DNA of 40,914 bases, from the NCBI GenBank assembly GCA_030671315.1, contig DAOUZW010000001.1, positions 1 to 40,914 of the forward strand, read 5' to 3'. This document shows positions 38,935-40,914 of the stretch, piece by piece; the first letter of the stretch is position 1, and every line of letters begins with the position of its first letter. A program made the translations under genes and the position numbers. The notes beneath the pieces are model-generated. The model did no database searches and had not been told where the DNA came from. It was given only the letters and a program-made list of their open reading frames with translations. The stretch comes from Candidatus Bathyarchaeota archaeon (GTDB lineage: Archaea; Thermoproteota; Bathyarchaeia; 40CM-2-53-6; RBG-13-38-9).

Positions 38935-38954
38935 GATTTTTTTGGGGGTTCAAA

Positions 38955-40079
38955 TTGAGAGCGTTAGGGATAGACCCTGGAACGAAGAATTTTGATCTTT
39001 GCTGTATAGAGGATAGTGTGGATAATGTTGTTCTTGACAAGTCAATTTCTACAGAGATTGTTGCTAAAAATCCTGATCATGTCTTTGAGATAATTAAGAG
39101 TACTGAATCAGATGTTATTGTGGGACCATCTGGATATGGACTAGAATTCAAACATATCTCGGAATTTACGGAAGAAGATGTGGCTTTAACGACTCTTGAC
39201 AAAATTGAAGATGTGAATATCCCGGTTCTTTCTGGATTACGAAAATTATTATGGATGATGAAAAATGCCAGATTGAATGCATATTCACTGCCAGGCGTTG
39301 TACTTTTGCCAACTATCCCTCAATATAGAAAAATGAATAAGATAGATATGGGGACAGCTGATAAAACATGTGTCGCAGCTTTTGCAATCTGGGATCAAGC
39401 TGAAGAATATAAAATTCAATATAACAATGCAAATTTGATCTGTATCGAAATGGGATTCGGCTATAATGCTGCTATGGCCGTGGAAAATGGACAGATCATC
39501 GATGCTGTTGGTGGAACAATCTTTCCTGGCCCTGGTTATCTGAGTTTGGGTCAAATGGATGGTGAATTAGCTTACCTTTTAGGAGAGTTTAGTAAACTGA
39601 AACTCTTCGAAGCTGGTGCGACATTCATCGCCGCAAATAGAATCCTGGACGTAGAGGATTTCTCTGCAAACCTTCTTAGAGATGAATACAATAAAGCCTG
39701 GGAAAGTCTTAAGGAGGGAATAGTTAAGGCTGTTGCACTGCTTTTGACTTCTTTCAAAAACCAACCAAGAGAAATAATCTTGACAGGGAGATTATCTAGA
39801 AATAAAGAAATCTATGATGACCTAAAGCAAAGATTAGATGAACAATTTAAAATACCTACACGAAATCCCATACACAGATTTACAAAAGAGGCCAAAGATG
39901 TCGCTCAGGGAGCAGCAATATTATCAAACGGAATAGCAAGAGGTGAATATAGTGATTTGGTTAAACAAATGAAAATTACAGATACAAAAGGAACTGTTTT
40001 AGACTATGTTCTATACCCGGAGGTAAGAAGAAAAGAGATCATAAAAAAATTGAGAAGCGTTGAAAAAATTTCTACATAA
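38955..40079 (+). CDS. DUF1464-like ASKHA (acetate/sugar kinase-Hsp70-actin) superfamily protein, function unknown
   Basis: N-terminal phosphate-1 motif ALGIDPGTKNFD, then MGTADKT, and the C-terminal ILTGRLSR...AQGAAIL pattern. TTG start. Confidence 0.6.
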   Translation: MRALGIDPGTKNFDLCCIEDSVDNVVLDKSISTEIVAKNPDHVFEIIKSTESDVIVGPSGYGLEFKHISEFTEEDVALTTLDKIEDVNIPVLSGLRKLLWMMKNARLNAYSLPGVVLLPTIPQYRKMNKIDMGTADKTCVAAFAIWDQAEEYKIQYNNANLICIEMGFGYNAAMAVENGQIIDAVGGTIFPGPGYLSLGQMDGELAYLLGEFSKLKLFEAGATFIAANRILDVEDFSANLLRDEYNKAWESLKEGIVKAVALLLTSFKNQPREIILTGRLSRNKEIYDDLKQRLDEQFKIPTRNPIHRFTKEAKDVAQGAAILSNGIARGEYSDLVKQMKITDTKGTVLDYVLYPEVRRKEIIKKLRSVEKIST

Positions 40080-40107
40080 AAAATTTTATCTCTGTTTTTA
40101 GTTACTG

Positions 40108-40914
40108 CTATTTTCTAATTCTTATTTGAGCTCCTTTGTTATCTGCCTTCACGATAAAGACTTGTCCACCTACTCGTTCATCAAGAAGAGTCTGCAAACT
40201 GGATTGGACACTCTTGGCCTGTCTTTTACCTTTTACCAATCCATAAGATGTTGGGCCCCATGAACTTTGTCCCACTCCATACGCTCCTAATCTTGTCATG
40301 CTCTCTATACACTTCTTCACTTCAATACTAGAGTATGTCCCTCCTTGAATAGGAGAGAAATTTTTTCCAACAATACTCTGAATTCTAGTTAGTGCGTCTC
40401 CAAAATTTTCAATATCGTTTTCCATCAATGATGGTAATACCCTCATCATTATCAAACGACATATTCGACCAACGTCAGATGGTGGCATGGCAGGTAATCT
40501 TTTGAATGCACGTGCTTCTTCTTTATCAGTAAATCCTCGTTTTACATCTGGAATGGCCACAACAAACATCCAGTCTTCAGGAAAAGCATGATGGAAAAGT
40601 ATTGGTGGAATGTTTGGTTTAATGGTGTATTTGTTTTTTCCAATCTTTTTTCCACCATCAATTACAAACCCGCCATGCTGAAAAATTGCTGTTCCAATTC
40701 CAGAGACACTACCTCGATCCATAACTAGTGCTAAATCGTTGATTGTAGCCTTGATATGAAATATTTTAGCGAAAGATGTGGCTACAGCTAATGTTATTTG
40801 GGTAATTGAACCTAAACCAACATGCTCAGGAATTTTGTGCTTCAAGTTTAGAGTTACGTTTTCTTTTATATCATATTTTTTGCGTAATCTTGTAATGAAC
40901 TGCTTGCATATTTC
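40108..40914 (-). CDS. mptG: Beta-ribofuranosylaminobenzene 5'-phosphate (beta-RFAP) synthase, GHMP-kinase fold. Partial: the N-terminus lies beyond the window.
   Basis: GHMP motif PEHVGLGSITQ. My own translation shows the frame stays open upstream of the track start to the window edge (...EICKQFITRLRKKYDIKENVTLNLKHKIPEH). Confidence 0.7.
   Translation of the reverse strand, partial: EICKQFITRLRKKYDIKENVTLNLKHKIPEHVGLGSITQITLAVATSFAKIFHIKATINDLALVMDRGSVSGIGTAIFQHGGFVIDGGKKIGKNKYTIKPNIPPILFHHAFPEDWMFVVAIPDVKRGFTDKEEARAFKRLPAMPPSDVGRICRLIMMRVLPSLMENDIENFGDALTRIQSIVGKNFSPIQGGTYSSIEVKKCIESMTRLGAYGVGQSSWGPTSYGLVKGKRQAKSVQSSLQTLLDERVGGQVFIVKADNKGAQIRIRK

Noticed and set aside
38955-40079. The ASKHA protein as an Asgard actin (lokiactin) or crenactin homologue
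   Set aside because: It lacks actin-specific motifs. Its N-terminal GIDPGT and overall pattern fit DUF1464/kinase-like ASKHA members instead.
1-40914. A scan for CRISPR arrays, tRNA/rRNA genes, IS elements, integrases, toxin-antitoxin pairs and known defence genes
   Set aside because: By eye I found no repeat-spacer periodicity and no GC-rich cloverleaf-sized islands in the spacers. No transposase, integrase or defence-type domains appear among the ORFs. A tRNAscan/Infernal run would still be needed to exclude small RNAs.

Overview
This is an AT-rich archaeal chromosomal core region with about 48 tightly packed genes and almost no accessory content. I found no tRNA or rRNA genes, CRISPR arrays, transposases, integrases or recognisable defence genes. 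All calls come from motif-level reading of the supplied translations, since no searches could be run.

From about 6.5 to 19.6 kb, 22 genes lie on the + strand in a classic archaeal information-processing array. In order they are Nob1, DUF655, KsgA, TrmJ-like, L10e, Dph2, METTL5-like, Csl4, Rpo11, an RNase III-like protein, DUF99, TFS, PCNA, PriL, PriS, Gins51, L44e, S27e, aIF2-alpha and Nop10.

Upstream of that block are an NaPRTase, Rpo4/F, L21e, SRP54, deoxyhypusine synthase, aIF5A and NAD kinase.

Downstream are an STT3-like AglB, IleRS and a set of mixed metabolic and membrane genes: an SGNH hydrolase, a DHODH/DPD-like Fe-S flavoprotein, GcvH, CarS, RadB-like, Clp1-like kinase, OCD-family dehydrogenase, aminotransferase, LLM oxidoreductase and YeeE. 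The window ends with a methanopterin-pterin cluster (MptA, MptE, a DUF1464 ASKHA protein, beta-RFAP synthase).

The STT3-like motifs together with a small Ost3/Ost6-like membrane protein suggest an Asgard (Loki-like) archaeon, but this is inference.

I do not see a clear novel multi-gene system. The items most worth a second look are:
- the aIF2-alpha 5' end, which has a 2 x 48-bp in-frame tandem duplication and no canonical start codon
- a catalytically degenerate RNase III-domain mini-protein
- the Ost3/6-like protein
- the DUF1464 gene inside the pterin cluster
- an unusually high share of TTG start codons
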